DNA from: Podarcis liolepis
Lineage: Eukaryota
NCBI GenBank assembly: GCA_965112155.1
Contig: OZ218108.1
DNA: 64,000 nt
Reading direction: 5' to 3' (one strand)
Shown here in pieces: positions 12,295-24,100 of this stretch (positions are counted from its first letter, which is position 1; each line of letters opens with the position of its first letter). The position numbers and the translations under genes are program-made. The notes under the pieces are model-generated. The model saw only the letters and a program-made list of their open reading frames with translations, did no database searches and was not told where the DNA came from.

Positions 12295-14257
12295 ATCTAA
12301 TCCATGGACATGGAGGCACAATGTGGACAATCCCAGTTCCTCAATACATTAGGATTGCCCAGTTACAGCTTCATCTGAGACACACCTTAATACTACTCAC
12401 ACATCAGATCACAGGCATTTTCTATCATTTTATGCTATTTGCTAATATTGTGCCACAGTTTGAGACTCAGATTGGACCATGCAGATTTATTAGCTCAAAA
12501 TTCATTAAGGACTTACTTTATAGGATATTCCATCCAAACCATTCATCCTTTCTGGCTTGTGTGCCTAATGAAACTGGCATACTACTATAGTAGGAGGCAC
12601 AGTGCCATACTAACAGATGGCCCTGATGGTAAACATGCCAATGAACCAGTATATGCATCACATATAAATATCAGGGCTAGACTACTCTAAAATAAATCCA
12701 ATAATTTATTTCTATACATTTCCATTACTTTTATATAGGCTATGTATGCCCAGTGTGCACTAAACTAAAGAATTCAATATATAAATTCTGTATATCAACA
12801 GAAGTTATTCAGTCTCTTTCAGCATTAAACTTAGGAATCAGTATTGTACTGAAACACCATCTTCAGTCCATTCTCAGCAAAGGAGTCATTTGCAAAACTC
12901 AAAGGCAGTTTGCTACCCTGCTGCATTTGCTAGTACACATGTACTCTGAAAAGGAAAAAGGCTCCAATAAATTACAATCACATTTTGTTTGGCAGGAATC
13001 TAGTCTAAAGATGCAAATTCATGAAGTTGAACACTATTCTTCTAAATTTTGCCATCTGTTGAAAAGTTCACATATTCTACCTACCACTATGCACTTTTCA
13101 TATAATATGCCTCCAAATTTTAACATTTGGTTAAAGATTTCATTTTTACTGTTGCTGTTAAGATGCAGTTTCCAAAGGTAAGGAAAAGAAAGGCTTTTAT
13201 AAAATTCACACATTTAAATATGACAGAACACATTTAATTTGGAATCAGAACAGTAACTGCTGGCAAGAATAAACACTCTTGTATGAGAAACATTCCAAAA
13301 TATCTGGAAAATCAGTTCCACCTGAAATCAGCTGAACATTAAAATGTTTTATACGTCACTTCCTAAAGATATTCCAATCAAATAAACTTTACGTGAAGGA
13401 TCAGTATGAGCTACTGACATCTGGATCTTTTATAAAGCTTGTGGTTCTTGGTTTAAATGGCCAGATTACATCTTGATTAAGGGAACTTCTATCAATACTA
13501 TTCAGACATTAAAACGAATTTTCAATTCTATCAAGAGATCTGAACCATTGCTTTCTCATCATATCACTCTACCCTCAGGTGAACAAGCCTTGCTATTCAT
13601 TTCTGTGTTCCTGGCATGGTTGGTCTAGTTCTAGCAATCAAAGTATTTGTTAGAAGTACTGCATACTGAATAGTTTGATGACGTTCTTCAACTCTGGTTC
13701 AAGTTATAGAAACACCCTTACTTTTCAATGCAATCCAATTCAATCATTCCACACTTATCTTCAAGGATGTAGGGCAGCAATTGAGAGCAATTGACAATTG
13801 ATGGCCTGTGGACATATTTATAATTTTGAGTGTATACCATGACATCACCTTCTCTGGATGCTTCTCCTGTCCACCCAGACAGAAAGTGTGCACACACTAC
13901 TTTGCTTTTCCCAAGGGGTATGGGTAAAAGTCAGATTCAGCAGAATTAAAACAGTTCCTCTTGGAGTTCCCCCAAAACAGCATCACTGATAGACAGCACA
14001 GAAAACAACCACTCTACAGATTTGGTGCTTGGATGGAATCTTGGATCCAATGATTTTTGCACAGGATGGCAACTAAACCACAACAAATTACCCAACATAT
14101 ATATACATGAACACAGAGGTGACCAATAATTTGATGACATTTTTAGGGGATCCCATGTAAAAATTACGAGTATCCATAACTTGGAACTGTATTTCTGCAC
14201 CATGGAAGCTAGGATGGTTAGAGGTTACCCAGTCAGTTAGTCCTAATTGCCTTAGGC

Positions 14258-14500
14258 CATGGGTAGGCAAACTAAGGCCTGGGGCTGGATCCAGCCCAAT
14301 CACCTTCTAAATCCAGCCCATGGGCGGTCCAGGAATCAGCGTGTTTCATGTGAGTAGAAGATGTCCTTTTATTTAAAATGCATCTCTGGGTTATTTGTGA
14401 GGAATTCGTTCATCCCCCCCCCAAAAAAAATAGTCTGGCCCCCCACAAGGTCTGAGGGACAGTAGACCAGCCCCCTGCTGAAAATGTTTTCTGACCCCTG
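14258..14500 (+). mobile_element. hAT MITE family A
   Basis: Same ends and body as the 7322 copy; perfect 8-bp TSD ccttaggc (14250-14257, 14501-14508). Confidence 0.88.
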
Positions 14501-14509
14501 CCTTAGGCC

Positions 14510-15300
14510 CTCCCCTCAACAGGCAGGTGTAGAGTTGTAGCCAATCTGAGCTGGGTGATGGACCTCACCCTACAACAGCAAATCCTTCCTGTTGAGTAGG
14601 AACTCATGAGTTTGCCATGAGTTCCATGAACAAGGCTCTCCTTGGTCAGAAGGGAGCTACTATGATAATCTCCCCTAGAGCGGATCTAACTCACCTGAAA
14701 ATCTCTGGATTAGGACCATAGGAGTAAAGGCATATAAAAGCCCCACCGAGCCACGTCAGGGTATCCATGCCCATTGCTTCTTGGGCCCTGAACCAGGAGA
14801 CCACCACCTTTCCATGTTCTGGACTAGAACAACGTCCACTTCTGGAAGGCCAAAGCAATCCACTATTTTCTAGAACATCTATGGATGAAGGATCCACTCT
14901 GTCTGCAGGTGGCTGACCCAATCTGCTCAAGTGTTGGGGGCACCCGCTAAGTGCTCTGCTGATAGGGATTCTAGATACTGTTCCACCCAGGAGAGGAGGC
15001 TGGTTGCCTCTTGCATGAGAGCCTGTGACTTGCTTTCACCTTCTTTACATATATATGCCTTGGTGGCAATGCTGTTAGAAAGGATCAGCCTGTGCTTGCC
15101 CTCCACCAGCCTCTCAGAGTGGAAGAGGGCCAGTCTGAGTGCTCCAAGTTCCAACCAACTTATGAGTTATTTGGCTTCCTCCTTGGATCAGGTTTCTTGG
15201 ACATACTGATCTTCTGTGTGGGGTCCACACACCAAGAGGGTCGCATCTGTCATTATCTGCACCCATGGCTGCGCCCTGAAGGAGTGTCCCCTTTCTAAAG
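14510..15300 (-). mobile_element. DIRS-like (tyrosine-recombinase) retrotransposon remnant, RNase H and downstream region
   Basis: ORF 14927-15154 (LELGALRLAL..RLILSNSIATKAYICKEG..LSAEHLAGAPN) resembles the DIRS1-type RNase H pattern (LELxAVxLAL..SDNxxxVAYINxQG..HLPGxxN); frameshifted and decayed. Boundaries approximate. Confidence 0.65.
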
Positions 15301-18300
15301 CCAGGGAAATCCACCACCTGAGGACCCTAATGGGCCTCTAGGAAGTGGGAGAACATGGGGACTGCAGGTTGGCCCCAGAGCCTGACCTAGCCAGGTGAGT
15401 CACTCTGGGGTAAATGGCAGCATCCGGGGGGGGGAGGCACGAGCAGTTGCCCATCCTTCCTTTCATGCTTACCAACACTTCTGGGAGCACTGCAGCTTCT
15501 AGGACAGGCCATTGCAGGTCCCCCATTACCTCTGTGGTCAAAGGACTCACTGTTGGGAACAGGGAGATCCCAGGTCCCCTTGCATGGGTGGTCTGGTTTC
15601 TCAGCCAATGAGTCTGCAGAGAGCTCCCCAATAGTAGTCAAATAACTGAGACTGAGCTATCAGCAATCTAAAATTAAGTTACAATAAGCATTTCCTTTTA
15701 AATTCTGTTTCACAATACAATCTAAAATTGCCTTCAAAGATCATAATTACTAAGGTGTGCTTTTAAAAAAAAAATCTTCTCTATAAACTCCAAAGTTTCA
15801 GAAGCAAATGTTTCACTTGCAACAGTGCCTCTTTGAAAATGCCAAATTGCAATGATACATTTTATTGGATATAAAGAAAGGAAACAACTAGATTACGAAC
15901 AACAAGCAACACAATTACGTTTTAACCACACTTCCCAATTTACAGAATGTAATGAAATCTTATTTGGTAATTAAATGCCAACTTAAACAAGATTGCCAAT
16001 ACAGATTACATAACAAATGAATTGTGAGACTGCATGTGCCTCCTGCTGTAAAAGCTCTTCAAGACCTTAGATTTACCTGCAAGATCTGCCAACTCAAAAT
16101 GGCATTTTTGAGAACTTTCAGTCTATACAATATTCCAATTCCATGTTCTTCAGTAATCAAGTTTATTAACGGCTCATCTCATCTCAATTTATCATATAAA
16201 CCATAGGGCCACATTAGATATTCTTCTTACAAAGTATTAAGGGCCAAACTAAATATAAAATTAACACAACTTGTTTGGAATGCCATGATTTTTTAAAGAA
16301 AATAAACAGCAGCTTTGGGGTAGTGGGGGAGAAAAATCAGGACCAAAACCAAAGCAGGGTTGTTTTTTAAAGCACTTCAATAAATTTGAACATGAACACA
16401 CATACACAAAGCTGCTTTCACTGGATGGCAGATTCTTTCTTGATGCAAATAGTAGCTGGGTGGGGAGATTTTTATCAGAACTACAGTGTGGAAGGAATAG
16501 GCTAGAAAACCCTCCCTCTTTGCTGCAATCCCAATTCTGACTTACTTCTCCCATATCTGCTATATAAAGTTAAAGAAGGAGGACACAGTGCTGTTTAACA
16601 AAGTGTGTCTAGCCCCAGGCCTACACTTCTGGATGGTCGGCAGCAAGATATCAAATTATGTTTTGGGAATTACATTAACTTACCGTACATTTATTAATTT
16701 TAATTTTTTTTACTGGTGTTAGGTATTTTACTAAACTGGACTTTTTAGCATTATGGCTGGTTCTGTTAGTGAATATTTTAGTGTTATTTTTTGTGTTTTG
16801 ACTTCTGTATATTTAGGGAGTGTTAGGATTCTCTAATAAAGAAACACCCAATTTGTGTTATTGGCAAATAAAATGTAAACCACAATACCTGTTCCCTAGT
16901 TAAAGTTAAGACACTGGTGCTGACACTACAAGATGAGCATCTCTTTGTTGTAAAAATAATTTCTCACTTTTATGGATACATGATTCAAAGTAGCTTGCCA
17001 TGCCACAGAAGACTGAAAATAGGCAGTACTATGTCTGAGAGGTAAAATAAATAATGGCACACAAATAGCATGCTGTAGGTAGTAGACTAGTTAGAAGTGA
17101 AAGCAGATTAGGGTTTATGTTTCCACTTCTGTGAAAGCAAGGTTCTGTGAACATGACACATTACTACATAAGACTTATTCCCAAGGCACATGTTCAGGTC
17201 TGTATGTGTAAAGCAGCAAAGGAAGGAACCCTATCAAAAGAGAAAGCTAACAAAATTACTCAATTACATGATTTAAATTAAGTATAAATAATTCTGTTCT
17301 ATTATACATCTAGGTTTATAAATGGTTTGAACTTCAACTTTAAAAAGTATTTTCTTCTGTTTTGTTTAAATAAATTAACAGCACTGACTAGCAACCTTCT
17401 TGAACTCAAAACCTTTCTAACTTACAATGTTTCAAGAGTACAGACTAATCACTCACTTGTACACACACATGCACACGAAGTAGTATTATCAAGCTATAAC
17501 CAGCAAAATTAGATATTCTACATGTGGCACTTGTTTTTACTGGAAAATGTATTGTGTTAATTCCCTTGAAAATATTGCAGACAAACCTGAAACACTGAAG
17601 TTACAAATAGCAGAATTTATGATTTATTAATATTAAGTCTTCTAAATAAAGGGTTCCCAGTACAATTTATTTCGATTTTAACATTTGTTAAAATAATGGA
17701 CACTTGAAGACCATTAAGAGGCTATCCAAGATCTCGTGGGAACAGAGCACCACATAATCAAATTTAAAAGGGGAGGAAGCATATTGCCACCTCCGCCCCA
17801 TCAACAAATATGAAATGTTACCAATATTGGCAAGCTGAAATGGCAATATAAAGAGTCCATGGGCCAGTATGAGCGGTAATATGACATAATGCCCCCTTCA
17901 TCAAGCATGAATCCAGTGTCTCCACTGTGGCCAACCCAACTTGGCTGAAGAATCCAAAAAAACCTTGTGATCCAATCCCACCCTCAACATAACTTCTGCC
18001 AGTGTCTCCCTGATTTCAAAACTATCAGTGTCTCCAGGAGCACAAGAGTTTGAATGTTTACACAGAAGGAAATCGCTACCAACTTCGCTGTGACTTACTC
18101 CCTCGTGCGTTTAGGATTGCAGCATAAAGTGCATAAAACTGAAAGGAGGGGTCCCTGAGGCGTTTCTCATGCTGCTCTCAGCGGGCACTTCTCCTTACAG
18201 TCATTTATTACTTCCCTTGCATTGATATCCTGTATACAACTTTTTACCACGTTAGTAGGAAGAATTCGGACTTCTCCCTTACTCCACAATTCAAGGCAGA

Positions 18301-18479
18301 AAAAGAAAATCCGAAGCAGCCGTGTTGATCTGCAAGGAAAAACAACTGAGCTCTGAAAGCAACCGCAAGGCAGTAACTTTATTAGGGACCAACTCCCAAC
18401 GTCACACAAAGTCGCAGAGCAACTCATAATGGCACAACCCCGCTTTGCAGTAAGTTTCACAAAGAACCGTATTCCGGAC

Positions 18480-19520
18480 CCCGAAGTTGTTAATAGGATT
18501 TGGGGTGGGAAGGCGGCTGGGAAACGAGGGGAAGAGAGACCCACGGGCGGCTGAGCGTCTGGTCTCCTCGAAGGAAGCAGCGCCTGCACTTACTTCCCTG
18601 AGGAGAGGAAGCCCAGCCCCCGGCCGCCCCAGCCGCGCCTCACTCCGCCTCCGGCCGTTCCTTACTTACTTCTTGGTGTCGCTGCTGAAGAGCCCGAAGG
18701 CCGTCGAGGCAGAGGAGGCGGCGGCGGCGGTGGGCGTCGCTTCCTGGCCCACCTCGGGCTGAGCGTCCCCGGCCTGCTCGTTGTAGCCGACATTGTTGGT
18801 CGACATGCCCGCGCGCCGTTACTACTACTACTACTAGCACCACAACTACTCCCCCCGCCTCCGGTTCCCTCGCTATCCGACTCTTCCCCGGAAGCTGAAG
18901 GAAGAGCGGCTGCCGGAGGATAGTCACGTGGTGGCCGAGAGGGGCGGGGAAGAGCGGCCAAGGGGAACGTTCTCCGGCCTGCCTCCAGGCGCCGCCGTTG
19001 CCACGGCAACGAGGCCCTTCACGCCCGAAATCCTCCGGCTCGCAGTCACGAGAAAAACCTCCTGCCCGCGACTTCCCGAAGGCGCGCCTTACACCCCCCC
19101 CACCCCACCGCAAGTCACGAGGACACGGAGAAGCCGTTGAGCAATGCCACGTCACCCGCTAAGCGGTTGGTCTCGTGCGCGTACTTGGCGCCACGTATGC
19201 GAAGCTAAGCCTTCCTTACTGCCGGGGCTGGACCACCCTCGAGGCACCTCCGGCGGCAGAATCCCATTGCTTCTCCTCACTTCTCTAGTGATGTGGGGGC
19301 TGGAAAAGTGAGGAGAAGCGGAAGCAGCAGCAGATTCTGGTGGGAGGGTCCCCCTACCATGGGAGAAGCGGCTTCTGGCGAGATTTCACCAAAACCTGGA
19401 AGTCAGCAAAGGAGGGCAAAAGGTGCCCCCGGTGGCGCTGGAGAAGTTATCTGCTACTGCCAGAGATCTGGGGAGAAGCGGCGTCGTACGGCAGTAGGCC
19501 CACCACTACCACCACTGTCC
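18480..19520 (-). promoter_or_regulatory. AP3B1 CpG-island promoter and 5' UTR
   Basis: High GC and CpG density; ETS-like ccggaag (18888-18894), E-box gtcacgtg (18923-18930), RFX X-box gttgccacggcaac (18997-19010), TGACGTGGC on the minus strand (19146-19154). Confidence 0.8.
18670..18806 (-). CDS. AP3B1: AP3B1 coding exon 1 (MSTNNVGYNEQAGDAQPEVGQEATPTAAAASSASTAFGLFSSDTK|K)
   Basis: ATG at 18806 inside a CpG island; similar to human MSSNSFPYNEQ..GQEAT..AFGLFSSDLKK; GTAAGT donor in phase 2. This frame is absent from the ORF track because it is shorter than 60 aa. Confidence 0.95.
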
Positions 19521-19624
19521 CTCATGATTCAGGAGTGAGTCTTAAGGACCAAATTGAGAGGACTCAAGGTCCCTGTTCCTTTCCTAGGTGATCAAGCTAC
19601 CCTAAGCTGAGACTCCATGGGAAC

Positions 19625-19650
19625 CACACACACACACACACACACACACA
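19625..19650. repeat. (CA)13 microsatellite
   Basis: Seen directly. Confidence 0.95.
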
Positions 19651-19889
19651 GCAACTAGAGGGTTGTTGAGAAGGCCAATACATTTTAAATGGACAAAGGA
19701 GGGTTGGACAGCTTTCCAAAAATTGTACTGTTATTCCATACTACAAAACCATACTAAAAAAAACCCAAACCCTAAGCACTGCTATACTCAGGAACATAAG
19801 CATCAGCAGAAGAGTCACTGTTTCCTGTACCTGGACAAGCTGGGAGGGGAGAAGAAATCACTGTTCAGAAAAACCCAAAATTACATATA

Positions 19890-20115
19890 CAGTGGCACCT
19901 CTGGTTACGCACTTAATTCGTTCCGGAGGTCCGTTCTTAACCTGAAACTGTTCTTAACCTGAAGCACCACTTTAGCTAATGGGGCCTGCCGCTGCTGCCG
20001 CGCCGCCAGAGCACGATTTCTGTTCTCATCCTGAAGCAAAGTTCTTAATCCGAGATACTATTTCTGGGTTAGCGGAGTCTGTAACCTGAAGCGTATGTAA
20101 CCCAAGGTACCACTG
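19890..20115. mobile_element. Tc1/mariner (Tigger/pogo-like) MITE, family C
   Basis: TIRs cagtgg(c/t)acct.. / ..aggtaccactg with TA on both sides; sister copies at 25677 and 35453. Confidence 0.88.
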
Positions 20116-20189
20116 TAAATGGTGGGCACAATTCAAGCATCTGCAAACACCATCAAACACATACCTACCTGGCATAGGAGACACCTTGA

Positions 20190-20440
20190 TCAGCAAGGGA
20201 AACACCTTGGAGGAGGTTTTCCCAGGGTGAGGCTCATCCATTGCACCAGGCAAAAATATTTCTCTATAACAAGGCCTTTGGCTGATTAAACGATAGGCTT
20301 TTTAATGTATTTGGGGGGGTGGGTATTGGTTTGTTGGTTTTGTTATGTATTTTGTGTTCTCATTTTGTATCTTTATGTTGTGAACTGCTCTGTGATCTTT
20401 GGATGAAGGGCTGTATACGGTTTAAATAAATAGATAAATA
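20190..20440 (+). mobile_element. L2-like LINE 3' UTR fragment
   Basis: T-rich tract followed by tgtgaactgc..tgtgatc..gatgaagggc and a (taaa)n tail. Confidence 0.5.
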
Positions 20441-20688
20441 CTGTGAAACTTCTGTTCACCAATTTTCATTTATCACGTTCTGTTGTTTTACTGTTGTTTT
20501 ATTAAGTTTATGTGGGGGGGGGGGGGTTTCTTGCAAACCATCCTGCAATAATTTATTTGCTGAATGCTCAGGTTGTATATCTTAACAACTGTCATTTTAC
20601 TGACTGCAATATGGGGCGGGGGAGAGGGGCAGTTGGCCTTATTATGTAGGTACCAGCATACTTTTTAGTGTTAACTGTTACAGTATTG

Positions 20689-20877
20689 GTAGGTAGCCGT
20701 GTTGGTCTGCCATAGTCAAAATAAAAAAATTTCTTCCAGTAGCACCTTAAAGACCAACTAAGTTAGTTCTTGGTATGAGCTTTTCGTATCTGAAGAAGTG
20801 TGCATGCACACAAAAGCTCATACCAAGAACTAACTTAGTTGGTCTTTAAGGTGCTACTGGAAGGAATTTTTTTATTT
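20689..20877. mobile_element. Penelope-like retroelement inverted pLTR remnant with hammerhead-ribozyme motif
   Basis: gtagccgtgttggtctg start; 68-bp inverted arms (20717-20784, 20812-20879); 13-bp flanking direct repeat tgttacagtattg; CTGAAGA-stem-AAAA core in the loop. Confidence 0.75.
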
Positions 20878-21071
20878 TGTTACAGTATTGTCACTGCATA
20901 TTTGTTTGGTGCCCTCTTGTGGTTCAGATTGTGAATTACAAAGTTAACCTTAGTTGTAATTTTACTACAGTATGTAAAGGAAGTGGCCGCCTGATCTTAT
21001 TCATGTTGACTTATAAGTAAGCCCCACTAAGTTAATTTGAAGTGTGTGTGTGTGTCTCACACAAACTTGCA

Positions 21072-21107
21072 ATCTGAAGAAGTGTGCATGCACACGAAAG
21101 CTCATAC
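21072..21107 (+). ncRNA. Minimal type I hammerhead ribozyme motif (intact core, weak helix I)
   Basis: CUGAAGA-A-GUGUG(CAUG)CACAC-GAAA-GC-UC-AUAC; palindromic AGCU helix III typical of dimer-forming PLE hammerheads. Confidence 0.6.
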
Positions 21108-21161
21108 CAAGAACTAACTTAGTTGGTCTTTAAGGTGCTACTGGAAGGAATGTTTTTATTT
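21074..21161 (+). mobile_element. Penelope-like pLTR fragment starting exactly at a hammerhead core
   Basis: Nearly identical to the right arm of the 20689 element; 11-bp direct repeat aaacttgcaat at 21063-21073 and 21162-21172. Confidence 0.75.
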
Positions 21162-24100
21162 AAACTTGCAATTGTTATCCATATATTTTTTGTTTCATTA
21201 ATTATGCAGCAGAAAAAGGGTCACTTCCGGTCAGTATCCAGTATCGCTTCTGAAATATAATTGACCTTCACACTGGCATTGCAGGTTCCATTTCCCCTAA
21301 ATTTAATATTTATTCTTCCCGGTTAGCAAGAAATCAAACTTTATTAGTGGAACATTTGCACTTCAGTTGCACCGGATTACTAGGTTAGAGCTTTAAAATT
21401 TCTTATCATTTGTTCAGTGGTTCTCTGCTAATTAACCACAGAATCCCCTTGGGGCACTCCAGTAAGAGAGTGGAATCCAGGAGTATTTGCAAACTATAAA
21501 CCTTCTTCAGTGGGGAGTGCAACCCCTCCCAGAACAGTTTGTCTGCCGAATTCTAGGACATGGGAATCACCCACCCACATCCATCTTATCAGGACTCAGC
21601 TGGGGGGCAGGGCGGTTGCACGCATGCAGCCCATCACAGTTCCCAGGCACAGGATCCAACACCTTCATAGCCTTTCCTGATTCAAATGTAATAGACAGCT
21701 AGAGCTGCATTATTAATGTGCTGGTGACACAGTGCTCCAGATCCTTAGATGACTGCTTCCAATGGTTTCATACAAATAAATGTTAAATAGCATAGGACCC
21801 CACAGCCCCAAAACTATGAGCCAAGTAACAGTGCCCTAATGCTACTTTCTGGCAATGATCCTTCAGGTAGGAACAGAGCTCTGAAAAACAGTATCTCAGC
21901 TTCAACCTTCCTGAGTCATTCCCGAAGAGTACTGTACTGGGCAGCTTCCAACACCACCCTTTCAGCCATCTTGCCCAGGAAGTGAAGATTTAGAGTCTGA
22001 GCAGATCCAGAGATGGCCTCTTCAGGAGTCACCACATCCTGCCTCTTTCAGGGTAGTGGGCATAAGTCCCACATGTAGTGCTGTGTTGACCATTCCCTGG
22101 ACCTATTCAGTCAATCACCTCCTGGAGTTTATCAGCCATGATGGACAGAAATAGAGAGAGAGCATGCTGCTACCCTGACTTCTACAAGTGTCCTGCAGGC
22201 TGCAACTAGTTGGTGCTTGAAGGCCCTCCAATGGACCTGCACTAATTGTGACATAAAGTTTGGCACAGAGCCAAGTGATTTTACCCTTTGCAAATCTCTT
22301 AACAGCAGGCTTTTGAGTGGTACCTATCAGCTAATTTACCATACTAAAAAGCTCTGCTGGACAATTCACTAAAAACACAATCGAAACAGAGAAGTATGCG
22401 CTCTTTTTGCCACTGTCACATGCATTGTGGTTGTACTTGTGTTTGATCAAATTCATATTGGGACTTATCCCACCTGTGCTCCAATCATCAGCCAGCCCAC
22501 TTCATTGTTGCTCAGGGAGCATATACCCAAAGGTATCTTTCTGAGTATAATGTTAATACCATGCCTCTGTGAAATAAAAGCTCACTGAGCTATCAATGCA
22601 TATCTGAAGTGGAAAAATATCAAAAGGTTGGTTAATAGAACAGTTATGGTGTTAAAACATGGTATAAAATATATATCTTAGGAGCACTAGCTGTTTACAT
22701 GTACAGATTCTATGCATTTGTTTCTGATAAAGCATCAGAAATGTATTATGGTATTCATAGGAACCATGCCTGTAGAGATGGAGAGTAGGACACATTTTTT
22801 CTATTTCATTATTGTAGAAAGGGCCATCTATTGATCAGTTATTTACTCTTGCTAGATATTGAAAACACTTTCTAATAAATTCTAATTAAATCTTTTTCTT
22901 AATTAAATCTTAATTTTCTAATTAAATCTTTATCGACCTGTCTCCTGGTTGCAAATAGTGGCTTCTTGTACTGTGGTATAAATGTAAAGCATTTCACTCG
23001 CAGCCTGATCGTGTGCTGAGTTAGGTGCATCTCAGTCCATTGGTTTCCATGGGTATGAGGTGCTAAGTCTGCCCAGGATGGGGCTGTCAGTCTGTTGCCA
23101 TGTCTAGCACTTTGAGCCCTCGAGGAAATGGCAATGCACAAAAGGGACATGGGTCAAGAGTTTGACAGCAGCATAGATTCATAATTGGCTTTACTTGTTT
23201 ATTATGCAGTGCAATTATAATCTGAGCTGTCTCTTGTGGAATTCTTACTGAGAGGGAAATTATGTAGAAGATTTTGCAGCATTAATAAAGAGTAGCATGA
23301 TTCATTTGTTTAAGATCAGACAATTAAAAAAGCAACAATAGAAATGTCAACAGAACAACAAAATGTGTAATCTTGTATGGGTGTTTGCCTTGGAAACAGA
23401 CAAAGGCTTTATTGGCATGCTTGAATAATCCATAGTATCTAGATATTTTCCCTTGACCTAATTCACATAATCCAAATCAAAAGTGTCATCATATATTTAC
23501 AATAGAGGGAAGCTTAGCTCTGCCTGAGCCAGGTTTAGACAATACGTGTTGGTTTCAGAAGAAAAGATAGTAGGTTAACCTCTACTTGCTAAGCTATCAC
23601 TGTGTCCCTTCTTCCTTCTGAGCTGCGAAAACTTCAGTTTGCTTTGCAAAAAAGAACACTGGGGACATATACAATACTGTTTGTATAGTAATCTGATTAG
23701 AAATGTATTGTTTTCAACAAGCAGGAATGTGTGTAAGCATCCTGGAGCAAATTCAACAACCAGTTCCCTAGAGTCAAAGCAGCATTCAAGACAAAGAACG
23801 ATTTTATTTTTCAAAAAGCCTATGGTTACAATCCTGTGCCCACCTTGGAATTTCTAAGTAAACATGCATTGGATTGGGGTGTCTCTGAACAATCTATGAG
23901 TCAAAGTGTACCAGCTGAAGGGACACAGGTTTTTTTTAACAAAAGTTCCACTACAGCAGCAGAACATAAGATCTTCTGGTATATCCATCATGGCAGCAGT
24001 ATAACACCTCAGATACACTGGTGAAACACTCTGCTGGCAGACTTGTCAGTGGAATGATTAAAATGTGGTGGGGTCACAGACAACCCACAAACATGCTTAC

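Noticed and set aside
18640-19155. ORF-track proteins over the AP3B1 promoter (171 aa and 115 aa)
   Set aside because: Wrong frames in a CpG island; the true exon 1 is the third frame starting at 18806.
21430-22210. Possible additional old retroelement or exon (also 28780-29400)
   Set aside because: Composition suggests decayed coding-like sequence, but I could not identify any motif well enough to make a call.
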